DNA of 64,000 bases from Eledone cirrhosa (taxonomy: Eukaryota), in contig OZ024740.1 in NCBI GenBank assembly GCA_964016885.1, positions 172,980,001 through 173,044,000 of the forward strand, in the 5' to 3' direction. The notes under the pieces were generated by a model. It had not been told where the DNA came from and did not search any database. It worked only from the letters and a program-made list of their open reading frames with translations. Position numbers and translations under genes: made by a program. This document shows, piece after piece, positions 43,415 to 58,431 of the stretch (its first letter is position 1; each line of letters starts with the position of its first letter).

Positions 43415-43737
43415 GTGTGTGAGACCGAGTGTGTATGTGTGCGTGTGTATGAGTGTATATATGTGTGTGTATGTAATTTATGTAATAAGTATTACAAACA
43501 GATGAGGTGCAAAAAGACCGGAACATAGTCGTATCTGTCACATTCCTTTGTAATACAGATCAGATTTTTCCTGTAAACAGGAACATTTAATTTTCGGTAA
43601 AATTAATTTTTAATTTCTTGTAATACTGGCATATCTTCTCCTCTGAGAGTCGCTCTTTGCTGTTAATTTTTCTGTTTTCTTTGAGAAGTCTTTGTCTTCT
43701 TATGTCTTTGCATATTTCATTCAGTTCATCGCCACCT

Positions 43738-44170
<433 letters not shown>

Positions 44171-44661
44171 GTTAGCTGGATTACAGCATGTTGTTTAGGT
44201 GCGAGAGAAAAAGGATAGTGTGGGAGAGATAGAGAGGGGAGAAAGTCCAATGTCGGGAGGATTATTGGCACACTTTCACAGTCAGCCTGTGTTTACTTGC
44301 TGAGAGCATGTTTTGTAGGGTGGAAGAAGGAGCCAACTTTAACGAATCTAGTGTAGTAGTGGTAGTAGTTGTAATGTACGATGCCAGCCGTATTAGTTGT
44401 AGTGGTGGTGGTGATTTTGGTCATCGGCGTCGTCGTGGTAATGTTGATTGTGTTAGCAATAGTATTAGCGATGGTGCTTCTGGTGATGGAGGTGGTTTTA
44501 ATGGCGGAGTGTTTTAGTGATAGTAGTGATAGTGTTGTTAGTGTTGGGAATGGTAGTGGAGGTGGTATTAAACCGAAAACGGGGGAGTATTAGTGATCAC
44601 TTCATTTCACCTAACTGGCCTTCTAGTGTTATGGCGTGGCTACATGGTAGAGCATTGTTCC

Positions 44662-44920
44662 CAGAGCCGGATTTAATGGGGAGAGGGGGCAATTGCAGTG
44701 GGGGCCCCAGCAGCGACGGCCGTAGCAATTTATTTGTGCTCTCAGCTTGGATTTTTTTAGTTTTAGGATGGTTAGAAGTTTTGAATTCAATACCTGTGCC
44801 AAGCTAACTTTGATATGTAAATTGGAGGAGGGGGATTGCATATTCTAATTTTTTTAGTATGAGGGGTCCTCCAAAACCTGAAGTGCCTCCCCCCACCCCC
44901 CAGGTCGAAATACGACTCTG
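44662..44920. mobile_element. hAT-type MITE
   Basis: TIR CAGAGCCGGATTT / AAATACGACTCTG; 8-bp TSD ATTGTTCC / ATTGTACC. Confidence 0.75.
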
Positions 44921-46287
44921 ATTGTACCAGCCCTCCCCATCCGTCTCAGTTACGAGCCAGACTTTCCTTTTTACCTGTCCTTGTCCCCCACCTTAAACTG
45001 TTCTTTGCAGAATGGCCTTTGGTCAATTCATCAGATTTTGTCAAATGACCATACCATGTCTTTTTTATTTTCTTTACAGTGATTAACATGTCTTCGCAGT
45101 TGTCCGCATTATGTCTGATTGCTGTGCAAATGCTTTTGGTGGTTATGTGTTAGAGAAGCCCATGGTTTTTCTGTAACATCTCATTTCGAATGTCACTATA
45201 AACAAATGGAAATTACAAGAACACGCATGAGTTTCAGTTTATCTTTGAAACAAGTAACGCGATATAGTTTCAAAACTTCATATAAGGTTTCATGCAATGT
45301 TTCAATAAAATGTTGGCTTAATGCTTGAAGGATCGAAAGTCATGTCTATCATAGAATATTCATCGAGTGTTTGAACTATGATGTAGCTAATTCACATAAG
45401 ACCTACACGAAATATTCCCTATTCCCTATAAACTTTGACCAATTTTTGTAGAGGAATGGTCAAGTTTGATTGGACTTATAACAATATATTTCTGATGCGG
45501 AATTTATCTTTCTCGAAAAACAATTCAGTTTTCTCTAAACGATCTTTGTACGATTTCCACTTAGCCACCTGATCTACTAGAAATAGCAATCAAACCTCCC
45601 TCAAATAACACTCAGTCGTCTTAAATAACGAAAGGACACGTGAAATAATGTAATCATACTTGTTTCTAACGTCTGCTCGATCGGGATTAACCCTTAGCTA
45701 AACAAGAGTAATATGAAAAGCTGTTGATAAACACCAATGTCTCTATACTCTTTTGCACACCCATGAAAACATTCTTAGCTCATCTTTAACCCAGGAGAAA
45801 GGAAAGATTTGGACGGAGGGGGGGGGGCTCACCATACCCCTGCCACGTGCGTTCCATGCCATGAAAAAATAATATAGAACCAAATAGTCGGGCCGTTATT
45901 TGCTGCTGCTGTTGTTGTTGTTGTTGTTGTCGTTGTCGTTGATGTTGTCGTTGTTGTTGTTGTTGACGACGACGACAACGACGTGCGTATATGCGCACGC
46001 CTGTGTTTTTTAGTATATCTCTATGAGCTTAGGTACTCGCTATTGTTAAAATTAAGTAGACATCGCCTACGAACATTTTACAGCGATTAGACAGAATCCA
46101 TGACAGTATGCCAGTTTGCTTTGCCTTTGTTGTTGTCGGTGGTGGTGGTAGTGACGATGATGGTGATGGGGGATAGTAATGTTCCCCGTTTGACGGTCAA
46201 AATGCTGACCTTTCTTGTGAGCTGGATTCCTAAATGGTCATAATAATCGTGTCATCGACATTGATGTACGTGGTGATGGTGAGGAAT

Positions 46288-46320
<33 letters not shown>

Positions 46321-46331
46321 GTGGTAGTGAT

Positions 46332-46928
46332 GGTTTCTTACATAGGCACGAGGCCAGCAATTTTGGGGAGGGGAAAGTTGATTAAATCGACCCCAGTGCG
46401 TGACTAGCACTTTATTTTATCGACCCCGTAAAGATGAAAGGCAAAGTTAACCTCGGCAGGATTTGAACTCAGATCATAAAGGGCCGTAACTCCATGCTAC
46501 AAAGCATGGCGTCCGACCCTCTACCGATACTGCCAATCAGATGATAATGATGATGATGATGATAATTATTATTGTTTATATCTTCTGTTTTCCCTTTGTC
46601 GGTGCCACCTTACCTTTTTACTCGATGTAAATCCCATTCTATGTTGTTTTATCGTCCTTGTTTTGTCCCCAATGTTTTGATCCCTTGTGGCCAATAAAGA
46701 TATTTCATTAGTAGTAGTAGTATCGGTAGAGCGTCGGACAATATGCTTATGGCATAGAGTCACGGCCCTTTACGCTCTGATTTCAAATACCGCTGAAGTT
46801 AGCTTTGCCTTTCATCTTTACAGGGTCGATAAAATAAAGTACCAGTATCGAACTGGGTTGATTTAAACGAATTTCTCTTCCCCACCAAAAAATTGCTGGC
46901 CTTGTGCCTACATCTGAAGCCATTATTG
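46332..46928. mobile_element. Two head-to-head SINE S1 copies (46332-46538 minus, 46715-46928 plus)
   Basis: Full S1 homology. Confidence 0.85.
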
Positions 46929-47599
46929 TATATTTCTTTTTTTTTTTTTTTCCGTATTCGAACAGCACAAACTATACACATATGTCTCTGTAGGTTTATC
47001 GGTTTTCTTTTTGTTAATTTTCGCGACGAAATTTTGAAATTTTATTTAGATATTTTCAAGAAAAAAAAATAGGTTTAAAAACTGTCTCCCCTAATTAGGG
47101 AAAGTACAGCCATTTTTTTCTGTCGTCTGTTCTTAGCAGACAATCATATTGTATAAAAAAAAATAACAGCGTTGACGTTTAAAATGAGGTGAGTGGTGGG
47201 AGGCAGTCCTGACTGACGTAGTAGCAATCCCTCGGAACACTTTGCAGGAAAATTTTGCAGCAACATAACCAACAAAAACATACAACACATACGCTAATAG
47301 CTATCAAATGCCAAGCGACAAGGGCAACATCAACAACAACAACAAAGACAATTATAATAAGACCCTCCCGATAGGATCGACCTTCATTATTTGGTGGCTG
47401 TCCCCTAGAGAGCCGGTTTCGGTGTCGCTTTCTGTGGTGTGGTAGCTATAATGTACTGCGACTTCTGTATGTTGACCAGTCTAAAGGGCCATCTATCAGA
47501 ACCGTTTCAAATTATATTTTAAATCTGACGAAAGTGTCATCTCTCATTTCTTTTGTATGTTCTGACTCTCGAATAACACGTGAAAACTGGCTGATGATT

Positions 47600-48760
47600 C
47601 GCTGACGTGTGTTAATGCTGTAGCATCTATATAAATTAGATGGTGAGCAGGTGTGATCATGCTTTACCAGGCATATTTTTTCACAGTTGCAGTCCTGTGT
47701 CAAGCGAAGACTAGACCACCACAGTATTCTACCAATTAGGCAATGCGGTCGAACTTCTATGTTTAGGTTCTATAGAGGACTAGTGGTGGGAAAGATGACG
47801 TTCTTGGAAAACTCGGTGTGCACGGCTGATTGGGGAGAGCAGAGGGTCGGAGACGGTGACGGACTTCAGTTCCTACCTCGACAGTTCCTACCGTGACTCT
47901 CTGCGACGGATACAGAGAGCTGCAAAAAAGCTGATAACATCAGCCGAGATTCCGTCATTTATTGCCGATTGACCATCTTGCCTTTCTCCCGTTCACGTCT
48001 CGCCAAATTGGAGCGCCCGCTCTTCAACTACTCGAGGAAGGGACAGGTTCCAGTGGTGAGGTGGTCCATCTGTTTCCAGTACCCTCTAGGCGGATGGTTG
48101 GAATATTGTGGATGATGATGTAAAATATGCGCTGAAGCTACGGCATCGTCAGATATTCCTAAACGGTGAACAGGTGTGGTCGTGTTTTGTCAGGCACGTC
48201 CTTCTGCAGCTTGTCTCTTTGACTGAGCTGCAGTCGTGGGTCAACGGAAAACAGAGACTGGGCGCTAAGCATCTGAAATGTTGACAGGCGCTCAAATTCC
48301 TCTACCAGTCGGGCAATGTGGTCAATGGAAATTCCACTCTAGCATCCTATAGAGGACTAGTGGTGGGCAAGTGCGACGACGTTCTCAGAGTGGCTCTTGA
48401 CGTTGGCGATATCGAACTGACCAGTCTGTTTCGGAGAACTTTCAATCCAGGGATTATGGACAACTTCGAGAAATTCGTGGCTTGGCAGTGCTACTGAGGC
48501 CACTACCGTTTCGAGACAAACTCCATAGCCACGGATGCGCTCGGACGGACGAAATCGTTCTGCACACACTCGTCCAGTGTCTGTGCATTACTTACTGACT
48601 TGTGGAGTTTTGTCGAACAGCTATTACCGCGAGTCCATCGTGAAAATCGCCACGCTATCTTCTTTCGACCGGGAAGGGCAGGCAGTTTTCCTCTGTCGGT
48701 GGCTACAGTGAAAGAGATTGTGTGATGGGCGCAGCTGAAAGTACTGAAAACACTTTACTT
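47600..48760 (+). pseudogene. Decayed Tx1/L1-like LINE C-terminal region with an internal duplication
   Basis: GC-rich; FRRTFNPGIMDNFEKFVAWQCY and LPFRDKLHSHG; CTATAGAGGACTAGTGGTGGG repeated at 47770 and 48347. Confidence 0.45.
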
Positions 48761-48859
48761 TTCAGTCAAGCCCTCATTAACCTTCTCAAGTTCCACTTTG
48801 AAAGCTGGTGAGGGTGAAGAGGAAAGTGCTGCACCCCAATAAAGAAATTATTATTATTG

Positions 48860-48907
<48 letters not shown>

Positions 48908-48908
48908 A

Positions 48909-48983
<75 letters not shown>

Positions 48984-49350
48984 GGACAGCTGTGGTACCA
49001 ATGGAGTGTAGAGGGAAGAGGTTTAGCAATTAAAACGGAAATAATGTTCGGGTTGTTAAACTCTAACATTATCTCAGTAGTAGTTCAGTTGGTATTTAGT
49101 GCAATAGCATTATTATTGGTGGTGTTGGTGTTGGTAGTGGTAGTGGTGGTGGTTGTAGGAAGGTTAGGGGTGATTCTAGTGATGGCAGCAGTTGTTATAA
49201 TGATGGTATTACTAGAGCAGTGTACATTTTACTAATACACCATTTTACAAATATAGTAGTACTTTAGTGGCTTAGATATGACAGAACTGGTTGACTTTCA
49301 CCGTGACGATGGAAGCGTAAAATTACAACGTAGTTACTATTATTTAGATC

Positions 49351-50290
49351 CAGGAGAGCGGTGGATTGGCAGTATCGGTAGAGGGTCGGACACCATGTTT
49401 TGTGGTATAGAGTTACGGCCCTTTAAGATCTGAGTTCGAATCCTGCCGTGGTTAACTTTGCTTTGCATCCTTACGGGGTCGATAAAATATAGTGCCAGTC
49501 ACGCACTGGGGTCGATTTTATCCACTTTCCCCTCCCCTAAAATTGCTGGCCTTTTGCCTATATTAGAAACCATTATATAGATCCAGGAGGGCGGGGAATT
49601 CGCAGTATTGGTAGAGCGTCGGACAACATGCTTTGGGGCATATAGCTACGTCCCTTTGCGTTCGGAGTTCAAAATCCACCGAGTTTAGTTTTGTCTTTCA
49701 TACTTACAAGGTCTATAAATTAATGTACCAGTAACGCACTGGGGTCGGTTTAATCAACTTTCCCCTCACCTAAAATTGTTGGACTTGTGCTTAAATCAGA
49801 AGCCATTATTTAGCCCCAGGTCAGCTTTAATTGAGCAAGCGCATTCCAGTTATGACCATCCTGTTTTGTATTCAGATCAATTTTACAAGTTTTTACTAGC
49901 ATTAGGGAGGGGAAATTCGTTACAATCGACCCCAGTACTTTAATGATACTTTATTTACTCTAGAAGGATGAAAGACAAAGTTGACCTCGGCGGGATTTAA
50001 ACTCAGAACATAAAGTGCAGTAACAAATACCAACGATTTTGCTAATCCACCGAACTTAAACGAAATTAATGGTTTCTTATATAGGCACAAGGCCAGCAAT
50101 TTTGGAGGAGGGGAAAGTCGATCAAATCGACCCAGTGCGTGACTGGTACTTTATTTTATCGACCCCCGTAAGGATGAAAGGCAAAGTTAACCTCGGCGGG
50201 ATTTGAACTCAGATCATAAAGGGGAGTAACTCTATGCTGCAAAGCATGGCGTCTGACCCTCTACCGATACTGCCAATCCACCGCCCTTAA
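49351..50290. mobile_element. Cluster of four SINE S1 copies (+,+,-,-)
   Basis: About 49351-49577, 49585-49811, 49895-50055 and 50068-50288. Confidence 0.85.
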
Positions 50291-50843
50291 ACGAAATTAA
50301 TAATAGCAATATTACAATGTATCTAGAACCTCATTATTCAGTGTGTTCTCCTTTTCGTAAGACAGGAGGGTGTAATTAAAGGGAGATTTAGCTGCTATTT
50401 CTAACAGGTCAAGTGAATAGCATGTTGAAGCTTAAATAGTCGATTATATTTAATGCATGTTATGAAAGGAGGGTCACTATCCATTACCATGTCAGTCACT
50501 CTGAGGCTCAAGAGATTGATCTGATGGTCACGAATGGAATACTTTTGATCGTAGGTCTGTTCTGTCAGGGTTGACCTGAGGCTAATTAGTATCAGTGACA
50601 ACGCTGTAATTTTACGCTTCTGTAGTCACGGTCAAAGTCAACCAGTTCTGTCATTTCCAAGTACCTAAAGTGCTACTAATACCAGTAAAATAGTGCATTA
50701 GTAAAATGTAATGTACACTTCACTGACACAACCACCATGTGCTATTTTAACTGTTTGTAGAATCGCTTAATGGAATGTATAATTATGATTCAAATTGATA
50801 TATCTGGAATATTGGCTAGTGGTGTCTAGTCGAGAAGTGTATA

Positions 50844-50880
<37 letters not shown>

Positions 50881-50881
<1 letters not shown>

Positions 50882-51135
50882 TGGAATTCTATAAGAATCC
50901 AACATTCATAATTTTCAGCAGACAGGAAGAGTGCTGAGATTTGATAAGTACCAACAAGTACGAAACAGAGCTCTGTCAGCGTATCTCTCCTTGTTTGCTG
51001 AAAATAGAAGTAAGTGACATTGTCACTACTTTAAAACAATAGCGTAAGGTCTTCAAAATGCTTTTAATTAAGCATACAGTGTATTGCAAAATACACTGTA
51101 TATACATTTATATATATATATACAGGGTGGCCTTG

Positions 51136-51187
<52 letters not shown>

Positions 51188-51440
51188 GAATTGGTGCTCT
51201 GAAATAGAGATATATACATGAAAGTATATATAGTATATTTGCCAATACACTCACTGTATGCTTAATTAAAAGCATTTTGAAGACCTTGCGCTATTGTTTT
51301 AAAGTAGTGACTATGTCAGTTTTTTTTCAACAAACAAAGAAGTAAGTGACATATTCACTACTTTAAAATAATACCGCAAGGTCTTCGAAATGCTTTTAAT
51401 TAAGCATACAGTATATTGGCAAATATACTATATATACATG
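50881..51440 (+). mobile_element. Family I element: variant hammerhead with a triplicated 3' tail
   Basis: TTGATAA GTAC CAACAA GTAC GAAA CAGAGCTCTG TC AGC at 50941-50980; tail copies at 51007-51108 (+), 51213-51320 (-) and 51338-51440 (+). Confidence 0.6.
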
Positions 51441-51526
51441 TCCCTGTATATACATATATATATACATATATATATATGTGTATGTATGTGTATGTGCGTG
51501 TGCGTGTGTGTATGTGCGTGTGTGTG

Positions 51527-51619
<93 letters not shown>

Positions 51620-52209
51620 CGGGTTAAAGTTTAAATTGCATCCATATATGAGATGCTATTGCTTTTACAAAAATATATACAATATCTGGTGAGTGTAATG
51701 TGATTGACGGAAACTGTACAGAAGCCCGTCGATGATGTGGTGGTTGTCACGAGGATGATGATGATAATGATGATGGTGGCGAAGGATTATTTCAATTGTT
51801 TGATGAACATTATGTCAAAATGAAGCCGAGTCATCTGATACATATACAGTTAACATGTATATTGAACTATGAACATTATGATCGACGATTGAATTTTTAA
51901 TCATAAACACAGACACAAACACAAACACAGACACAAACACAAACACAGACACAAACACAGACACAAACACAAACACAAACACAGACACAAACACAAACAC
52001 AGACACAAACACAAACACAAACACAGACACAAACACAAACACAGACACAAACACAAACATAAACACAGACACAAACACAAACACAGACACACATACAGAC
52101 ACACCCAGACACACACGCGCGCACACACACACACTCACATATATATATATAGAGAGAGAGAGAGACAGACAGACAGACATAGGCATCTCGATATATACAT
52201 ACATATATG

Positions 52210-52324
<115 letters not shown>

Positions 52325-52620
52325 GACAGTTAATTGCTCAATTGCAAGTCAATGTCAGTCAGATTCATCCTAATATGTATCGTCATGGTAATATATTAGT
52401 CCCTGGCACCATGCAGACAATAGCATTAATCCGACCAACGAAAAACAAGGATTAACGCTGTAAAGTAGCTTGTGTCTAATGAATATACTGGACCAGTGAA
52501 GCAAGAATTAACGCGAGGGCTTCATCTCTGTCCTTGCCATAGCTACTATTTCTCCACTGTCATTAGTCTATCTATCTGTCATTCTCTTTCTTCCAATCTT
52601 TCTGTCTCACTCACCATCTT

Positions 52621-52719
<99 letters not shown>

Positions 52720-52748
52720 TGTATATATATATATTATACAGTATATAT

Positions 52749-52877
52749 AACAAAGAAGGTGTAGTAAGATACCATTTGGACCTTAACGCACCAGAGTACT
52801 CGATACCTAGGGTAGTAGAGTTGGTAATAGGAAAAGAGTCAGGACCCCGACGGCTGAGCTCCGGCCGTTTCGACAGC

Positions 52878-52879
<2 letters not shown>
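52749..52879 (-). mobile_element. Family A element
   Basis: Same subfamily as 5310-5525; (TA)n on both sides. Confidence 0.8.
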
Positions 52880-52916
<37 letters not shown>

Positions 52917-52919
52917 GTA

Positions 52920-53520
52920 TGCTACTGGTAACATGTATCCCAGTACAACCTGTCCCATGGTCGGGTCGTTGGCGACTAAATTGGCAACCCCACCAAGGTT
53001 TCTTGGTGAGGAGGGTGACTTTGGACATCCTGCTGGACTAAAAACAAAACCTGTCAAAGGGCAAAGGAGCTCTTAAGAGTCAATGGCCATCCAAAATCAC
53101 CGAGAGAGATGACCCCTTAGCCTTTGTCAAGGCAGAATTTGAGAAGGAAAACTCTGATATAACACCTGCAACCCTGATGGTATCCAAAGATGTTGACTTG
53201 TTCTTCTTTTTGGTAAATATCATCTTGGTTAAGAGAGTGGGACTGGCTTTGTGCAGTGCCTTTGCTCACTATAAAAGCTTCACGGCACAGGCATTGCTTT
53301 ATATCTTGAGATCTCTCTGCACTTGTCGTCACATGGTACCATGGGCCCAGCACTATGTGTCAATAATTGTCACAAGTGTAGTGTTTGTACCAGAGTTTTC
53401 AAGTAGCTGGCTGGACTAAAAAGTCATACTCGTTCAGCGCATCGGTAGGGGTTCTCCTACGTGGATATAAAGTAGTGGCCGTACTCGAAAACGAGTTGGC
53501 AGCCACCATGTATGTATGTA
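52920..53520 (+). mobile_element. Non-autonomous RTE-derived element
   Basis: Same three modules in the same order as 29346-30245; (ATGT)n tail. Confidence 0.75.
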
Positions 53521-54230
53521 TTTGAATTTCGTATTTCTAAAGAAATACGGTATATTTATAAATAAACATACCCTTGCTTCTGTCGGACACCGATGGTTGG
53601 TGTTAGCTGCCAGTGTTTTTCATAACTATGGCTTTCTAAATGTTTATTTATAAACATACTGTATTTCTTTAGAAATACGAAATTCAAATACATATTTGAA
53701 TACAGCTATACATATTTGTATACAGCTATGTTCGTAGCTAAATTCTATTTTTATTATATAAATATATGTATATATATATATGTGTGTATGTGAATGCGTC
53801 TGTTGACACCTGGAATATAGCTTAAGAGAAATATAACAATAATGATAGATACCCAATATTTTGTACTGGTTTATAGAATTCTCTTGGCCTTTGTCACTCT
53901 AAGTAGAGCTTTAAAGAATTAGCTTTTAAAGAATTTCCCTTTTCTTTAAATCCATCAACTATGACCGACCCACAAGCACCTTATAGACACCTGAAATATA
54001 GGCATTGTTAGCTTAAGAAAAACTTAAAAATTAGGAGTGGCACCCCATTCCGAACCTGTTTATAGAATTCTTTCTGCCTTTGTCGCTCTAAATATAAAGT
54101 ATTGACATAAAGAATTAGCTTTTAATGAATTCCCTTTTCTTTCAATCAATGACCTCCACCAATCCCACTCCCCACCCTCTCCTACCACCTGAAAAGATAT
54201 AAATACCACTACATTTATTTTTGGAAAGCC

Positions 54231-54358
54231 AGATTTCTGATGATTTCTAAAGAATGAAACAGTTCTAGTCCTGTAGAATCTCATCTATATTAAAACTTTT
54301 ATACTCTGCTATGTATTGAGTACCTTACTGTGGTTACCTCCGATTCAACCCGGAATAA

Positions 54359-54361
<3 letters not shown>
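54231..54361 (+). mobile_element. Family B element with an intact hammerhead (54231-54281)
   Basis: AGATTT CTGATGA TTTCTAAAGAAT GAAA CAGTTCTAGTCCTG TA GAATCT; the tail joins (TA)n. Confidence 0.8.
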
Positions 54362-54430
<69 letters not shown>

Positions 54431-54992
54431 AAGGATACACACACACACACGCACACTTATTATGATGATCCAAGCAATCGACCATAATGATGTAAACAGA
54501 AGGAAGTCCTTGACATTATGGAGAGAAAAAGGTATTACGCATATGGTATCAGACGAAGTATCAATATTAAGAAAGGGGAGAGAGACGGTATCACATACTC
54601 AACATCAGTTTATTCCATTACATCATCCCGTTATGCATATTTCAAAGGCACCAAAAGGTCGTTATTCAACAATTATTCAATGTATTGTCGTCAGATGAGA
54701 ATTTCAAATATAAATGAAATTAAGCTTTATTTTTAAATGGTGCCATTAAAGATGCGTTTACTTATCGACGCCCGGCATAATAGTTTAACCTTACCACTTG
54801 CATAGCGAGCACATACACTTCATTGTGTTAAAAAGCTGTTGTTCGGTGTCCTTTTGTAGACAGCTATATGCAACTATGAAATCCTCAACAATCACCAACC
54901 CCGTCCAATACCCAAAATACGCAGCAACAAACATCATTTCGTATTTCATATTTATTTTGATACCAAAAATCTACCATCATAATTTTATGTAA

Positions 54993-55079
<87 letters not shown>

Positions 55080-55086
55080 TATATAA

Positions 55087-55150
<64 letters not shown>

Positions 55151-55450
55151 TTACATAAAATTAGGAAAAATCAACAAAGAAAGAACAATACATGGGACGA
55201 CAAAAAGGCAAAGCGAAAAACAATTTGTTAAGGGGAAACCTAGAAAATAAAAATACCAACGAAAGACATAGAACTCCAGGCTCATCGGCAGTTTCGACCC
55301 CCTACCAACATTATTGCTAGGCCACCCGGGGCCACAGTCTCTGACGCACGTCAAAATGCTGTCCAGCAACTTATAGCAATTAAGCTATGACAAATTCACA
55401 TAGAATTTCACCAGACGTGTGTGCGTGTGTATGTGTATGTACGTACATAC

Positions 55451-55494
<44 letters not shown>

Positions 55495-55500
<6 letters not shown>

Positions 55501-55780
55501 ATACTTGGGGAGGGTCATATTTGTGTAACATTGCCAGAATTAATAACAGAACACACTCACTGTTTGGTTGGTTTTCGCTTCTGTATCTTTTATATCGATG
55601 AATTTAATTTATTCGGTCCTCAATGTTGCCATTGACTGATCAACGGTAAAAAATACAGATACAATATAGACACAAACACATATATATAGTCTATCAAAGT
55701 TCTTTCGTTGCACATCTGCAACATCGTCAGTGGTGCTATTGTTTTCTCCCGTTGCATTTTATGTCTACGCCATCTTTATT
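55495..55780 (-). mobile_element. Family E element with a hammerhead core (55693-55734)
   Basis: Minus strand: ACCA CTGACGA T GTTGCA GATG TGCAAC GAAA GAAC TT TGAT. Confidence 0.7.
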
Positions 55781-55799
55781 TAGTCTGGATATTTAGTCG

Positions 55800-56480
55800 G
55801 ATATCGATGGCGTTAGTTCAGAGATGTTGAAGTCTGGTGTGGAAAGGTTGACTGAATTACTTCCCTCCTTACTACTGGAGAAAAGAGAAGTAGCCTCAAG
55901 ACTGGGTTGATGCTATTCACATTTTCCTGTATAAATCTGGTCTCAAGGATTTACGTTGAATATCTTTATTGTCAGTTGTTGGAAAGGTGGTTTCTCGTGT
56001 TCTTTTAGAGAACCTTGATAAACTCATTGTCTCGAGGAACAGTTGATATGATCTTCACTATCCGGCAGCTACAAAAGAAAAACAACAAACAAAATATGGG
56101 CTTATACCATTGTTTTGTGGATCTTAGCAAAACTTTTGACAGGGTTAACAGGAATACGTTGTGGCCAGTGCAAGTGCTGAAGAAATTTGGCTGTCCTGAA
56201 AAGTTTGTGAATATAACCAAGGTTCTCCATAAGGATATGAAGGCGTAGGTTAATTTGGTGTAACCCTATCGGAACCATTTTTGGTTGAAATTGGAGTTAG
56301 GCAAGAAGATCTCAAAGCACCGACACTCTTCATATATTTTACAGCTATGATATCAAAGGCATTTGCAATTTCAACAGATCGCATATATATACGATACTGC
56401 TCTTCAGATAATGCGTTTAAACAGACAAAAACTTCAAACGTCTTTCCTCTCTGGTACATGATCTTTTATATGCGGTCGAC
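55800..56480 (+). pseudogene. RTE reverse transcriptase fragment
   Basis: SRGTVDMIFTIRQLQ..CFVDLSKTFDRVNR..KFGCPEKFV..GVRQ..APTLF. Confidence 0.85.
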
Positions 56481-56487
56481 TGTGACC

Positions 56488-56662
<175 letters not shown>

Positions 56663-57611
56663 TGCATATAGTTGTCAACCTGTCTTTTTCATCGGAAGAT
56701 GTTGAGATGTTGAGGTATATAATCTTCAATAAAATAATCTGTTCCCAGTATGAAACGAGCCGGTAGCCTTGTATAAATGTGTGTAGTACGTAACTATCTA
56801 GTTATTCTATTTCCCTCACTATCAATTGATTATTATACTGCACATACACACTCTGTCCCTCTCACACTCTCTCTCCTACTCATTATTTCTCTTTCTCTCT
56901 CTCACTCACACACATATATGCATTATTCTATGTCTGTCTGTCTCCCCCCTCTCTCTCTCCTTTTCTCTTTATCTCTCTATCAAATTGTATCTCCTTCTGT
57001 TACTTGGTCAAATACTTGTCTTCATTTCCAACTTTCTATCTACTTATATATCTATACTATTTATTTTTCCCTCATTCAACCTTAGTTCTATTCGTGTCTT
57101 TTCCTACGTCCGTTAAACAATAATAAGCCCTCCACACACACTGAAATCCACTCAGAACTTACTGAAATTGTAGTTTTTCCCAGTAAAATCTCAGCATTAA
57201 TAATATTACTACAATGAAAACAGCATCTACTACTACTACTACTACTATTACTACTACCATCACCAACACCTTCACTGCCGCCATCTCTACCACTGCAGTG
57301 ACAACCACCTCCATCGCCTCAACCACCACCACAACTACCACTACCGTTTGAAAATTGGTGGCCGCGGGTTCCTGGAAACTTGCAGCTTAAGCATTATTAT
57401 TACTGTTTTTAATAAGTTTGTTTTAGAAAAATAACAATGATTAGTAACAGATTTGACGTCTTAGGTCTTTACGACTAATTGCATCAGTTAGTCCCCCTAA
57501 AGGGTTCATTACTTCTCAAAGCGAACTACTTTGATTGTAAGAACCCGGTTGTCTAAAAATGTATAAATAAAATTAATTAATCAACTAAAAATAAAAGAAA
57601 GAAAATAATTA

Positions 57612-58430
57612 TAATTGTTTCTACTATAGCAATTTGAATGGAAGGAGAAAATCGATTAAATCGATCTCAGTGCATTATTCGTACTTTATTTTATTGACCC
57701 CTAAGGATGAAAGGAAAAGCTAACCTCGATGGGATTTGAACTCAGAAAGTAAAGTGGCGTAGCTATATACCGCAAAGAATGTTGTCCGACATTCTACCGA
57801 TTCTGTCAATCCACTGCCCTAAAAGAAAAGAAAATAACAATAATTGTTGCTAATCTCGGCACAAGGCCAACAATTTTGGTGGAGGGAAACATTGATTAAA
57901 TCAACTCCATTACTTCACTGGTGCATTATTCTATCGACTCCGGAAGAATGAAAGACAAAATTGATTTCGGCTGGATTTGAACTTATTATATAAAAGCCCG
58001 TAACAAATATTACAAAGCATTTTGTCAGGCATTCTAACGTTTTTACCAGTCAATCACGATTAATGACTTCTAATTTGGCACAAGGCCAGCATTGTTTTAG
58101 GTGGATTGGTGAATGGTTTGGAGTCGATAAATATATCCTAGTTGTTGACAGATACTTTATCGTATATAGTCCGGAAATATGAATAGCAAAGTTGACCTGA
58201 ACAGGATTTGAACTCAGAACATACAGAGCCCTAAGTAAAAACCGCAAAGCATTTTGTTCGGCGTTCTACCAGCAATTTCTGTTGGGGAGCGGGGAGTTAG
58301 GTAGTTTATTAAATTGACTCAGTACTCGACTGGTACTTTATTTTATTGACTTCAGAGAGAAGAAAGGCAAAATTGAGTTCGGTGAGATTTGAACTCAGAA
58401 CGTAAACAGCCGGAACAAATACCGCAATAT
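57612..58430 (-). mobile_element. Tandem run of four diverged SINE S1 copies
   Basis: GATTTGAACT B box at about 57733, 57975, 58205 and 58386. Confidence 0.75.
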
Positions 58431-58431
58431 A

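Noticed and set aside
49351-49450. tRNA genes
   Set aside because: The A/B boxes belong to SINE heads; no proper cloverleaf
53870-54155. Diverged direct repeat of about 90 bp, 189 bp apart
   Set aside because: Only two degenerate copies; no diagnostic features
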